In this document: positions 38,289-48,432 of the stretch, in pieces
How the letters are laid out: every line of letters begins with the position of its first letter
Position numbering within the stretch: position 1 is the first letter of the stretch
IMG/VR virus record: IMGVR_UViG_3300011434_000001
Reading direction: 5' to 3' (one strand)
DNA length: 64,000 nt
Source of the DNA: an uncultured virus (IMG/VR IMGVR_UViG_3300011434_000001)
Taxonomy: Duplodnaviria > Heunggongvirae > Uroviricota > Caudoviricetes
Notes under the pieces: model-generated
Told to the model about the DNA's origin: nothing
The model's database searches: none
The model's input: the letters and a program-made list of their open reading frames with translations, nothing else
Program-made: the position numbers and the translations under genes

Positions 38289-38570
38289 TCAATCGTCGAA
38301 TCCCCAAACAACTTCGATTCCAGCCGCCTCAAAGTGCCTTTGAGTGGCGTAGAATTCTTCTCGTTGTATCCGCCTGAGTTCTTCCTCAGTCACGGGCATG
38401 CCTTCCGCCCACGGCATGCGACTGACCAGCACTAACTTTTTCCCCATCTTTTTAAAGACTAGACCGCATCGTGGAATTGCCCACACTGCGTTTTCTGTCA
38501 AGCCACTAAAAAAATTTCGGCACCATACGATGTTTTGTGAGTCCATGGTTAATAGAGACCCAGCCCCCAC
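38289..38570 (-). CDS. Hypothetical protein
   Basis: 93-aa ORF, start possibly at MDSQ. Confidence 0.5.
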   Translation of the reverse strand: MGAGSLLTMDSQNIVWCRNFFSGLTENAVWAIPRCGLVFKKMGKKLVLVSRMPWAEGMPVTEEELRRIQREEFYATQRHFEAAGIEVVWGFDD

Positions 38571-38591
38571 TTGGGGCTGGGCCTTTGACTG

Positions 38592-38783
38592 CTACCGGCG
38601 ATGCCCCGCGTTGTAACTCCAATCCATCGGAGCCGTTACCACTCGCGGGATTGCCGCGAACGGAATCGTGTGCGCGAACGGCTTGCACATCCGCGCCCCC
38701 CGTTTGCACTTCATCTGGCGCTTGACCTGATCCCACATTTCCGCCGCGTTCCACATCACCGAATCATTTACTTTTCGAGCCAT
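38592..38783 (-). CDS. Hypothetical protein
   Basis: 63-aa ORF. Confidence 0.5.
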   Translation of the reverse strand: MARKVNDSVMWNAAEMWDQVKRQMKCKRGARMCKPFAHTIPFAAIPRVVTAPMDWSYNAGHRR

Positions 38784-38810
38784 AACTGTATCTTTGGTCA
38801 GGTGTTTCGG

Positions 38811-39494
38811 TTACAGGTTGGTGATGATCTCGCGCACAGCCTTAATGGCGTCGCGAGCCGACAGGATGTCCATCTTCTTCCCCTTGGTTTTTTCCCAAGC
38901 GGTGAGGGCACCGAGGACTTCAGACCGGCGAATCAAATCACCGGCGCTAGGGCGACGACCGTTGGTCTTCACCTTTTTGAACGCGCTGGGCACAACCTGC
39001 CGCGCGACGGTCTGCACGAGGCGAGCCGTGACGACGCCACGACCGGCAATCGGCGGAGGCGCTTTCTCAACCACCTTGCGCATGACCTTCTGCTGCTGCT
39101 TTGGCGTCAGTCCAGTCAAGGGACGCACTGCGGACTCGCTGAGATGCTCGGCGATGTCTTTGCTTTCCTTCACCTTCACGATGTTGTGAATGACTTGTGC
39201 CGCCGCAATCAAACGGTTGGCCTGAGTCTTCGACATTTCCCACCGCTCACGGCAGTAGTCTTCGAACGTGCCGTGCGTTTCGCGATACAGCCGGTTGTCC
39301 CGGATTTCCACGAGCGCGTCACCCGCTTTCGAAAACGACTCGAAGTGGTTTTGGATCACCTTTTCCGCTTCCGTCAAGCGATTCCGCTCTGAGGCACTGA
39401 GTTCTTTGACTTTGCGAACCGACTTGGCCGCAGGTTTGCGAGGCGCTTCTGCTATCGCGGTGCCCCCGCCCATTGTTTCTTCATTTGGTCTCAT
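38811..39494 (-). CDS. Phage HTH DNA-binding protein (DUF3102-like)
   Basis: GDALVEIRDNRLYRETHGTFEDYCRERWEMSKTQANRLI. Confidence 0.65.
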   Translation of the reverse strand: MRPNEETMGGGTAIAEAPRKPAAKSVRKVKELSASERNRLTEAEKVIQNHFESFSKAGDALVEIRDNRLYRETHGTFEDYCRERWEMSKTQANRLIAAAQVIHNIVKVKESKDIAEHLSESAVRPLTGLTPKQQQKVMRKVVEKAPPPIAGRGVVTARLVQTVARQVVPSAFKKVKTNGRRPSAGDLIRRSEVLGALTAWEKTKGKKMDILSARDAIKAVREIITNL

Positions 39495-39645
39495 CTTTGG
39501 TCTTTCTGTTTTACGATCCGCTATTGAATCGTAAACACAGCATAGCAAATTGCTACAATGAGGAAAATAGGGTATTTCCCCCCATGTAAATAACTTATAT
39601 GGGGTATTTCCCTACCGGAAAGAAGGTGGCATGGAACCTGCTGTA

Positions 39646-40245
39646 TTAAACAACAGGCTTGAGGATGTTGTTCATGATGCGACCTGCGCCGGGGGCGGGG
39701 CCGCTCGTGGGAGAACCGGGCTGAATGTTTTTGATTCGCGCCGTGGCCTGCTTGTTCTGCACGCTGGCGGGGGTGGGAGTCGGGGGGACGGCTTGCGGGG
39801 CGGCAGTCTTAGGACCGCCCGGGACCTGCGCAGAGAGGCTGGGATGCGCTTCCCCGGAGCCCATGACCTGCTGGGTGACTTGATCGAAGGGCGGGGCCAC
39901 CTCCAGTAGCTTCCCGGCCTTGTCGGCTTCCTGTAGGTCTTGCCCGGCGATATGAAGCTGATTGAACAGAACACCTAGGTCGCCACCGAGGCTGCGATAG
40001 AAGCCGATACCGGCCTTCATTAGCTCGTCCTTGTGCTCGCCCAAAAGCTTCGCCTCGGGCCGTTTACCAAAGTCCTGTAGGGGTGTGGAAAGGGCTGGAG
40101 GGGAACCGGCGAAAAGGGCCTGCATAGCCGGGATTTGCAGTAGCTCGTCAGAGAACCCGCCTTTGGACGCCGGGGCCTTGGTGCTAGGATCGACAGATGG
40201 GGGCGTTACGGGGGCTTCTTTGGGTTCGATGACGATGTCGGCCAT
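39646..40245 (-). CDS. Hypothetical protein, probably virion-associated
   Basis: Starts right after GCACTGTTTAGT. Confidence 0.7.
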   Translation of the reverse strand: MADIVIEPKEAPVTPPSVDPSTKAPASKGGFSDELLQIPAMQALFAGSPPALSTPLQDFGKRPEAKLLGEHKDELMKAGIGFYRSLGGDLGVLFNQLHIAGQDLQEADKAGKLLEVAPPFDQVTQQVMGSGEAHPSLSAQVPGGPKTAAPQAVPPTPTPASVQNKQATARIKNIQPGSPTSGPAPGAGRIMNNILKPVV

Positions 40246-40416
40246 ATACTAAACAGTGCGTCCCCTACCGAGGTTTGACCATGTTCTTCTGACGAACATC
40301 CATCCGCCCGCGGACGGCTTCCCAAAAGACTTGGTTCTCGATAGGCGGCTGCTTCGCGATGCGCGCGGCCTTGAGCAGGTCTTTTTTCTTCTCAATAGTA
40401 ATCTTTTTCATATAGG

Positions 40417-43400
40417 TTATCTCGGTTGAATGAGGCCCAAATCTAGGGCTTCTGCTGGCCTTACCTTAGCAGATTTCTTCTCCGCCGTCAAGCGGCTCTG
40501 GAAGCCCTGTCGCATCATGGGCAGCTTCTTCATCTCCTGCCGAAAATCTCCGAGGTCCAACGGACTCCAGCCGTTCTCCGCCCATAGCTTCTTCTCTGCG
40601 AACCACAGAGCAGCCTGTAGGGAACTGGGCTTCATACCCAGCCGCTCGGCGGCAGCGCGGTATGCCTTTTGGGCGAATGCAAAATCCTTGTCGGACACTG
40701 GGCCGATGTTCTTAGGGAGAATGCGCCAGCGTTCCTGCCCCGCATAGCCAATGCGCCGCATGGTGCGATCAGACCATAAATCGATGGTGGCTTCCTCACC
40801 CTTGCCGAGAAGGTTCTCCACGAAGTTCAAAGTCTTTGGCCCGCGCGCTTCAGTCAACCATTTCCGAGCGAGCACCTGAAGCACCGGCAGGGAGTGGATG
40901 CCGTATAACTTCCCGTTGCTCTGACGCGGCTTGAGATCGTGCTTGAAAATCCAGTGCTCAAGGAACGCGGCAGGCGTAGGATTTTTAGGCGGCTCGGGAA
41001 TGTTGGGCAGTTCCTTGTTATACCACTTTTCCCATGCGCCAGTCGCAATCTTTTCCAAGCCTTCGTTGAACTTGGGGATGATCTTGTTGAATCGGCCCGC
41101 CTTAAGGCTCTCGATGGCGTCCACCGCGTAGGCGAAATTGGTCTCTACGCCAGTTTGTGGGGATGTAGCCGCAAGTAACTCGGCGAAAAGGTCTGCATGC
41201 TCTCCGAATTCCTTTTTCAGCATGGGCGTGAATTCGTCATACCATTCGACACCGGCTTTGAAAACGGGATCGTTCCGATTCTCGCGAGCGAACTTCACGA
41301 GTCCATCTGCAAAAGCTTTGACGGCGGCTTCCTCATTACCAGCACGTTTAAACAGAGGCGAGCCAGTGATATCCGAAGGAATGGCTTCGTCCTTCTGCTT
41401 GGGGATAATTGCCTCGGGGAACGCTTCCTTCAATTCCGCGCGCGTCATCTTCGATACCTCGGACTTGGTATAGGTCGGCTTTGCACCGAACAGGTCCTCA
41501 TCCGCGCGACGGGGTTGGAACTGCGCGCGCACTTCATCCAGTAATTCATCCGGGATCACGAGGTTCTTCTGCTCGGCAAATTGGCGATCCGGCAGTGCGA
41601 CGTAATCCTTGTCGCCCTTCGCCGGGATGCTGCCATCCGTGCGGCGAATCTGCTTGCCGAAGTTCACCCAAAAGTTTTGTGCGAGAGTCTCCGCAGCTAA
41701 TGCCCCTTGGGCATCTGGCGAATACATTTCCGAGTGGACCTTCCACGCATTGAACCCGCCCTTGGGTCCGAATTGCAATCCCTCTTTGGCGTGTCCGAAA
41801 AAGTCATGCACTGCGCGGAACACATCGTTCACGAGCAGATCATCGATGCCGGACGGTTCGAGCATCGGGTTCTTGCGGCTGCGATCCGTTTCCTCTTTGC
41901 CAAAGCTGTCCTCAGTGCGGCGGAAGAAAAGGTGCTTGTTCTCGGTCACGTCTTTGACCATGTCGGCGCTAGACTTGTAGGGCTCGCCCTCGCCGGTCCA
42001 CGGTTCGATGGTATAGCCCGCATCCTTCATGGCGCTGTATTGGGCCAGCGTCTCTTTGGCCAACGCCTCATAGGACTTTTTCACCTCCGCGTCCTCTGGG
42101 CTATGTGAGGCCGCTTCGTAAAAATCCGCTAACTTCTTTGCAGTCTCCACTGGCACCTCTGAACGAGTGGTGCTGGGGGTGTATTTGATGCCCGCCTTCT
42201 TGGCGTAGTCCTCAGCCACCTTCTTAGGCTGGAATGATGCGCCGAGGTCAACCACGTCAGTAGAATCAATCTTCCGGTCGTTGAAATACAGGATACGCCC
42301 GGACTCAACCGCTGCATCTTCCATCTTCTCGCGCTGTGTGCGCGGGATGTCTTCCCATTTTCCCAAGCCTTCGACCGCGAGGATATCAGGACCCACGTTG
42401 TAGGCGCGCAGATACTTCTTGGCATTCATCGCGTGGTAGACGGCTTCACTGCCGATCTTATCCATCTCGCGCTGAAGCTTGTCCAAATCCAGACCAAGCT
42501 TGCGAGCATTGTTGATCTCGTAAGCAGTCATCTCATGTGAATCAGGGGCTTGGATGAACTCGCCCTTGGGGTCAACCCAGTAGCCTTCACCATCCACCGT
42601 CGTCAGACCTTTTTTGAAAGACTCAGCCGGAGCCTTATTTGTGCTCTCGACCGCTTTTTGAAATAACCGATCCGAGGCATCCCCAGTGGCGCGCTTCGTG
42701 TCCAAATCGAGGAACGGAACCATTGCCGGTTCCTCGATGTCATCCAAGGTGAAAACTTTCGCTTCATCCTGATTCTTGATGCTCTGGACCGTGTCATCGA
42801 AAAGGTAGACTTTGATCCAGTCGATCTTGTCTGCGTTCCGCTCCACAAAAGAGCGAACCGCTTCCCGCTGCTTGGGCCAGTCCTTTTCACGCGCTTCGAT
42901 GGTAATGCGCCCGGATGCGTCGGCCCAATTGACCCGGACGAATCCCTCTTTCAAGGCTTCAATCCGGTTCTGCTCGGTGTTCTCGTCCATCGGCAGACCA
43001 TACTTGCTGCGAAGTTCGGGAGACTCGTTAATGAATTCGTGATGCCACTTGCCGCCCAATTGCACGGGTGTGCCGTCCGGCAGAATCCATGCTTTGCTGA
43101 ATCCGGCCTGTGCAGGCTTCATCTTGAACTCTTTCTTCGCAGCCTTCTTCGGCTGTAGTTGGGTGCTCATATTACCCCCATCATCTGAAATTTCAGGAGC
43201 CGAGTCAAGAACTTTCTTTTGTAAATTAGTCTCAGAGGTATTTACATTTACTGGAAACTTAGGTTGATAACCGGGCTTCTCTTTACGGAGAGAGTATCCC
43301 GCAGAGCCTTCGCCTGTGGCGGCTTGCCATGCCTCATTGAAAAACTGCTGCTGTGCGGCGAGGATCATCCCTTCCTCGGGATTGGTCGAGATCAAGTCCA

Positions 43401-46400
43401 AGGCCCGCTTGCCGAACGACTCTGCCGCGATGTTCAAAAACTGAACGAACTCTTTGCTGGGGGCATTTAATCCAGTTTGATATGCTGCTTCCGTCAAACC
43501 ATCTGGCGTCTCATGCGCCCACTTGTCGAATTCTTTGGGTGTCATCTTGGCGACCGACTTCACCAGTTCTTCCGCCTGCTTCGCCGTCTTGGGTGGCTGG
43601 AATCCAGCGGACAGCGTGAGAGTATTACCGCGAAACTCCGGCACCTCCGGGGCGATCTGAACCTCTTTGATGTTCTCCAGATTGAGCCGTTGGATTGCTT
43701 CCAGAAATTCCGGCATAGGCACGCCCTTGGCTTGCGCGGCGGCTTCAATCTGTTGACGCAGAGGATTGACCTCTTTGATCGGACGACCTTCAATTCCTTG
43801 ACGTGCTGCTTCCGCGCCCTCGAACGATCCACGAGGAATAATCGGGATGGCAGTGCGGCCCGGCTTTGTGGCTTCGCTGACATCCTGACCGGCGATGTTA
43901 AGGGGCAGCTTGCCCTTCTGCACCCGGGCAGTATCCGGCAATCGGAAATTGAAAAGCATGTTGATCAGGTCCGCTTTAGTCTGATCGAGTGCGGCAGGCT
44001 GGCCCTTCTCCGGGGGAGCAGTCATGCCCGGCATCTTGGGGACCACCAGTGATTCGCCCGCGCCGGTGCGACCGCCCATTTGATTCTGGACGAACTTCTG
44101 CACGTCGCGGTAAAGTTCCTGCCATCCCTCCGAGGTGAACGAGCCCTTCTCAATCGGATACGGTGATGCTTCAGAAACGCCGAGTTCCTCCAGCTTCGCC
44201 GCTAACTTGTGCGCATTGGCGGCGAACACCTCGGGAGCCCAACCGAGCACCTGATACTTGTCGCCCTTCAACTTCAAAACCTTCTCCGGGAAAAAGGTCT
44301 TCTCCCACAGCGAGCGCGCCTCGGGCGGCATCGTGCGGAAGGTTTCGATCATTTGTCGTCGGACATCTCGGTTTGAAGTTGTAGCTGCTGCCGGTTCTTC
44401 CGGTGCTGAGAGATAATTGATTTTAACTCCTGCTCGCTGAGCGATAGCTTCCGCAATCGTCCCGAGTAGTTCTCGGGGCGAAGCTGTGCCACCTGCAATA
44501 GGTGTTGTAGGCGCTTCCGCAGCGATCTGTGCCGGGTTTTCTTCGGTGATGGGTTCTTTGACTTCGGGCTTGGGCTCATTGGGCTTGGGAGACGGAAGCA
44601 AGGGTTCACTGGGACCTTTCGGTTTAACGACGGGTAAAATCTCCGGTTTGGGTGAACCGGCTTTGGGTTGAACGAGGTGCGGAGCAAGCCGGACTGCCTC
44701 AGTCACTTTGAACTTAGGCGAGACCTGACCGATTTGAGACGTGACCTCCGGCGACAGTGGCTCACCACCAAGGGTGCTGACCAAGTTCGCCACAACGCGC
44801 GCGAGACGGCCCGGGAGCCCGGGATTCTGCAACGCGGTGCTGAGGTTCTTAAAGACCATGTCGAAATTCTCTGCCGCGAGTTCGCGAGCGAGATATGAAT
44901 CCGCAATCGCGGTAGCTTCCTGCGGCGAGAGGATGTCGCGCCACACTTGCTGAGAAATCTGATTGGGATCAACGCCCTGATTCGCTTCCAGAGCGGCGTC
45001 CATCTTCTGGCCCAAGATTTCTTTCGTGCGAGCCTGCACGTATTCAGCCGTAGGTTCGGCACCGGTGATATTCCGATACTCATTGCCCACCGACATCGCG
45101 ATCTTTTCCTTCGCGTAGTCCAAGCCGGTGCCGGTCGAGTCTAAAATGATCTCGCGCCAGTCTCCGCCCGGGGCGATACGATTGGCGTAACGCTGACCCT
45201 CTTGCTCCCACTGAGGACCATACTCTTGACGGACGATCTGATCGATGTGCTGATTCGCGTCCTCACCGAGCACATCCTGAATCGCATGAAAAGCTTCGTG
45301 GGGCGCGGCATCCACATTGCGGGCGATGATCACGCGCCGGGTGCCACCGTTCTTGCCGGGGATGTTCGCGGTGAAGAACCCTTCCTGTTGGGAAAGAGTT
45401 TTCGCTTGCGCATCGCTCACGCCGTTTTGCTTCAGAGTATTTTCCAGCGATGCAGAGTCCTTCGCGAGGAACACATCTGCGTCCGCATGCGAGCCCTTGA
45501 GGAATTGACGGATGGCGTTTAAACGAACCTTCACCGCTGGCGACGCGTCCTTCGTTGCAGCGATATGCATGTTCTCGAAGCTGGAATCAACCTGCCCGGA
45601 AGGCGGAACATACTTATCAACACCCCATTCGCGCGGTGCGACGATCTGACCGCTCATGATGCGCCCGCCCGCCCGCTTGGCTGCGTTCATGCCGCCGAAA
45701 AAAGCGCCAATACCCACCGATTGGGTGTCGTGCGGGGATTCAGAGGTCAACGCGGCTGTGCCGATGTCGAACGCGAGGCCCTTGCCGATCTCAGCGGCAG
45801 TGCTGGGCACGGAACTGGCCACGTCCTTCGCAAGCTGCGCTGTGGCCGACGTAACGGGAGTTTCTCCAGCCACTTCTTTACCTGCGGCTTTGATACCTTC
45901 ACCGATCTTGGAAACTTTGCTTCCCAACTTCGCCGCGATCTCGCCGCCCTTCAAACCTGCGAGGGCTGCGATGGGTCCGCCCGTCATCGCACCCTTAACA
46001 AACCCAGCAGTGGGTCCAGCGACCTTAACAGCGCGTCCCCCGAGGTCCACAAGATTTCCAGTAGCCTGAATCGCTTTACCAGCCGCTTCTTCAGCCGTGG
46101 GCAGCTTCGCAGCAGTCGCTTGAACTGCTTTCGTGACGCCTGCGGGCAACGCAGCACGAACTTCCTGAGCAGCGCGGCCAACAGCCTTACCTGCGCCACC
46201 AAAAGCGCGGCCATATGTATAAAAAGAAACGGGATCACCCGCTGCAAGGGCCTGAACTTCCTCGGGGCGGATCGGTTTGCCTGCGGCTTCGAGTTCCTCG
46301 CGCACATTGACACCAATTGGTGTCAAAAATGCGCCTTTGCCTTTCGTGATGTCCTCGGCGATATCGCCGACACCGACATCAGACCATAAATTACTTACTT

Positions 46401-46971
46401 TTTGCTCCGGCGTGAGATTTTCCTCGACCCCGCTATACGCGAGCGCCGATTTCTTCACAGTGTTGAGGGCTTTCTTTCCAAGTTGAGCGACCCCAAACAT
46501 GCCGGACTCAGTTCCCGCGACGTTTTCCATCACCCGGCGCTGTCCTTCCTGCGCGAGTTCCGTATGGAAGCCCGGGTTCCTCGCATCGCCGGTAATTTCA
46601 CCAATCGCGCCCGCGACGGGAACGCCGATCAGCGCGTTAGCATAGTTCCACGCCTGTTTCCCGAAGCCCTTCGCGATGCCGAAGGCAGTGTGCGCCATTT
46701 TACCGGGGCCGGGGATATCTGAAAGTTGAAAACCGCGCTGCTTGATGCGCTCATGCACGTCAGCGACCTTGCTGACGAGATTCTGATCCCCCCACAAGTC
46801 CTTGTTACGGCGAAACTCGTTGACGAGATCGAATTCCTTGTCCTGAGTCGCAAGAGAAAACAAATCGTCCGCCGAAAGGTCCCGGAGCGGGTTGATCGAG
46901 GCAGGCTGCTGTTGAGCAGCCGCTTCATACGCCGAGATTTCCTCGGGCGTTAGCTGGAGCGGTTCGGACAT
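40417..46971 (-). CDS. Large polyvalent protein / putative DNA ejection protein (2184 aa)
   Basis: Ala/Gly-rich N-terminus, HEAFH zincin motif, two W-x-x-P-x-G...H domains, HDFFGH domain, C-terminal glycosylase-like region. Confidence 0.8.
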   Translation of the reverse strand: MSEPLQLTPEEISAYEAAAQQQPASINPLRDLSADDLFSLATQDKEFDLVNEFRRNKDLWGDQNLVSKVADVHERIKQRGFQLSDIPGPGKMAHTAFGIAKGFGKQAWNYANALIGVPVAGAIGEITGDARNPGFHTELAQEGQRRVMENVAGTESGMFGVAQLGKKALNTVKKSALAYSGVEENLTPEQKVSNLWSDVGVGDIAEDITKGKGAFLTPIGVNVREELEAAGKPIRPEEVQALAAGDPVSFYTYGRAFGGAGKAVGRAAQEVRAALPAGVTKAVQATAAKLPTAEEAAGKAIQATGNLVDLGGRAVKVAGPTAGFVKGAMTGGPIAALAGLKGGEIAAKLGSKVSKIGEGIKAAGKEVAGETPVTSATAQLAKDVASSVPSTAAEIGKGLAFDIGTAALTSESPHDTQSVGIGAFFGGMNAAKRAGGRIMSGQIVAPREWGVDKYVPPSGQVDSSFENMHIAATKDASPAVKVRLNAIRQFLKGSHADADVFLAKDSASLENTLKQNGVSDAQAKTLSQQEGFFTANIPGKNGGTRRVIIARNVDAAPHEAFHAIQDVLGEDANQHIDQIVRQEYGPQWEQEGQRYANRIAPGGDWREIILDSTGTGLDYAKEKIAMSVGNEYRNITGAEPTAEYVQARTKEILGQKMDAALEANQGVDPNQISQQVWRDILSPQEATAIADSYLARELAAENFDMVFKNLSTALQNPGLPGRLARVVANLVSTLGGEPLSPEVTSQIGQVSPKFKVTEAVRLAPHLVQPKAGSPKPEILPVVKPKGPSEPLLPSPKPNEPKPEVKEPITEENPAQIAAEAPTTPIAGGTASPRELLGTIAEAIAQRAGVKINYLSAPEEPAAATTSNRDVRRQMIETFRTMPPEARSLWEKTFFPEKVLKLKGDKYQVLGWAPEVFAANAHKLAAKLEELGVSEASPYPIEKGSFTSEGWQELYRDVQKFVQNQMGGRTGAGESLVVPKMPGMTAPPEKGQPAALDQTKADLINMLFNFRLPDTARVQKGKLPLNIAGQDVSEATKPGRTAIPIIPRGSFEGAEAARQGIEGRPIKEVNPLRQQIEAAAQAKGVPMPEFLEAIQRLNLENIKEVQIAPEVPEFRGNTLTLSAGFQPPKTAKQAEELVKSVAKMTPKEFDKWAHETPDGLTEAAYQTGLNAPSKEFVQFLNIAAESFGKRALDLISTNPEEGMILAAQQQFFNEAWQAATGEGSAGYSLRKEKPGYQPKFPVNVNTSETNLQKKVLDSAPEISDDGGNMSTQLQPKKAAKKEFKMKPAQAGFSKAWILPDGTPVQLGGKWHHEFINESPELRSKYGLPMDENTEQNRIEALKEGFVRVNWADASGRITIEAREKDWPKQREAVRSFVERNADKIDWIKVYLFDDTVQSIKNQDEAKVFTLDDIEEPAMVPFLDLDTKRATGDASDRLFQKAVESTNKAPAESFKKGLTTVDGEGYWVDPKGEFIQAPDSHEMTAYEINNARKLGLDLDKLQREMDKIGSEAVYHAMNAKKYLRAYNVGPDILAVEGLGKWEDIPRTQREKMEDAAVESGRILYFNDRKIDSTDVVDLGASFQPKKVAEDYAKKAGIKYTPSTTRSEVPVETAKKLADFYEAASHSPEDAEVKKSYEALAKETLAQYSAMKDAGYTIEPWTGEGEPYKSSADMVKDVTENKHLFFRRTEDSFGKEETDRSRKNPMLEPSGIDDLLVNDVFRAVHDFFGHAKEGLQFGPKGGFNAWKVHSEMYSPDAQGALAAETLAQNFWVNFGKQIRRTDGSIPAKGDKDYVALPDRQFAEQKNLVIPDELLDEVRAQFQPRRADEDLFGAKPTYTKSEVSKMTRAELKEAFPEAIIPKQKDEAIPSDITGSPLFKRAGNEEAAVKAFADGLVKFARENRNDPVFKAGVEWYDEFTPMLKKEFGEHADLFAELLAATSPQTGVETNFAYAVDAIESLKAGRFNKIIPKFNEGLEKIATGAWEKWYNKELPNIPEPPKNPTPAAFLEHWIFKHDLKPRQSNGKLYGIHSLPVLQVLARKWLTEARGPKTLNFVENLLGKGEEATIDLWSDRTMRRIGYAGQERWRILPKNIGPVSDKDFAFAQKAYRAAAERLGMKPSSLQAALWFAEKKLWAENGWSPLDLGDFRQEMKKLPMMRQGFQSRLTAEKKSAKVRPAEALDLGLIQPR
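46307..46326. repeat. Palindrome TTGACACCAATTGGTGTCAA, copy 4 (in CDS)
   Basis: 20-bp perfect palindrome read directly. Confidence 0.95.
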
Positions 46972-46973
46972 AA

Positions 46974-48428
46974 TTACTGAGCAGGGTAGAATTGACCGTC
47001 CGGGCCGCGCCGCACTGGGCCACGACCGGGTAAATTGATGACAGGACCCATCTGGCCTTGCGGAGCCGCAGGAGCAGCCGCAGGGGCCGCACCACCGGGC
47101 TTAACCGCTGCGTTCGCTTGATCGAAAATGGATGCGCCTTTGGGAGACACGCCGCGCAACACCTGACTGTTGAGGTCCAGCATTTTGTCCCACTGATCAA
47201 GATAGCTGTTCCACGTAGGCTCGTCTGATGTAAGGCCCGGGAACGATTGCTGCAAAAAGCGAACGTCCTTGTCGGACAGATTGCCTTTCATGGCCTGCGC
47301 GCCTTCGAGCACTTTCTTGTTGATGAGTTGCACCAGCTTTTGCTGAGAGTTATATTCCGTTTCACGAATACCGAGAGCCGCCCCAACCTGATTCAACGTC
47401 TGAACCACCGAACTACCCGCGCCGGGTCCGACGATGTTAGCTTGCATCAAAAGTTTCTTCGCTTCCGAAACGTTCTGCTTCAGTTGATCGTTCACCGCGA
47501 GGTTGCTCGCGACGCCCGCAGCTTCTTTGCGCTGATTTTCTTCCTCCGTGAGGTTCGCACCGAGACTGATGCCAACGCCGGGAATCTTCGTGCCTACGGG
47601 TTGCACCGCAGTAGTGGATCGCGCTGGTTGAACAGAAGGCATCGCCGGAGCCTGAGCAGCCGCTTTCGGCTGGATGGCAGTCGGTAACAACTTCGAAAGC
47701 TGTTGATCACGGGCAATCGCCTCTTGCTGCGTGCTCGCGGGTCCAGAAAAATTGGGCGTCACCGCTGGCACAGCCGATTGAGCGGTAGGAGCGGCTTGCT
47801 GAACCGGGGCGGCCTGCACCGCACCGGGCTGAACACCGGAGAACGGAGTCATCACGCGCGTGTGAAGTTCATTTTCCAACTCGGGAGAGATCAACTCGCC
47901 GGACTTGTTGAACTTGAGCAGAACCTTCTGGCCATTTTTAAGTCCCTCTTTCCACTCCACGGGAGTGAGACGATCAACGGCGGTCTGCTTCTGGATTTTC
48001 CAGTTGTAAAGTTGCGAGCCGAGTTCGGCCATCTTCGCGTAGTCGGGTTTTCCGGTGCTCGTGACCGGAGCCGGGATGCCCGCCTCAGGGGCGAACTGTT
48101 GAAAATACTGAATCGCGGGTCCATACTTGATCTGTGCCTCTTTGGCTTCGATGTCGGAGCCCGCCAGATGCGTCGCGCCCGCGCGCACAGCTTGCGCCTC
48201 GGGAGACTGCCCTTCCTTCGCGATCATCGCGGCCAGCTTTTGCTGCTCCGTAATCGCGGGGTTAGCGGCAATACGGCCCTTGATATCCTCCGCCGTGATG
48301 AATCCTTGCCGCACAGCGTTTGAAAGCTGCTCAACGGCAAGGGGCGTGATCACATGGTCCGGTTTCGCCACGATGGACGACGGATCAATGCGACCGATTG
48401 ATTGCTGAGGTGCTGATTCGAGACCCAT
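46974..48428 (-). CDS. Putative internal virion / ejection protein
   Basis: Ala/Gln/Pro-rich, KGNLSDKDVRFL motif, gene position. Confidence 0.6.
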   Translation of the reverse strand: MGLESAPQQSIGRIDPSSIVAKPDHVITPLAVEQLSNAVRQGFITAEDIKGRIAANPAITEQQKLAAMIAKEGQSPEAQAVRAGATHLAGSDIEAKEAQIKYGPAIQYFQQFAPEAGIPAPVTSTGKPDYAKMAELGSQLYNWKIQKQTAVDRLTPVEWKEGLKNGQKVLLKFNKSGELISPELENELHTRVMTPFSGVQPGAVQAAPVQQAAPTAQSAVPAVTPNFSGPASTQQEAIARDQQLSKLLPTAIQPKAAAQAPAMPSVQPARSTTAVQPVGTKIPGVGISLGANLTEEENQRKEAAGVASNLAVNDQLKQNVSEAKKLLMQANIVGPGAGSSVVQTLNQVGAALGIRETEYNSQQKLVQLINKKVLEGAQAMKGNLSDKDVRFLQQSFPGLTSDEPTWNSYLDQWDKMLDLNSQVLRGVSPKGASIFDQANAAVKPGGAAPAAAPAAPQGQMGPVINLPGRGPVRRGPDGQFYPAQ

Positions 48429-48432
48429 AAAA

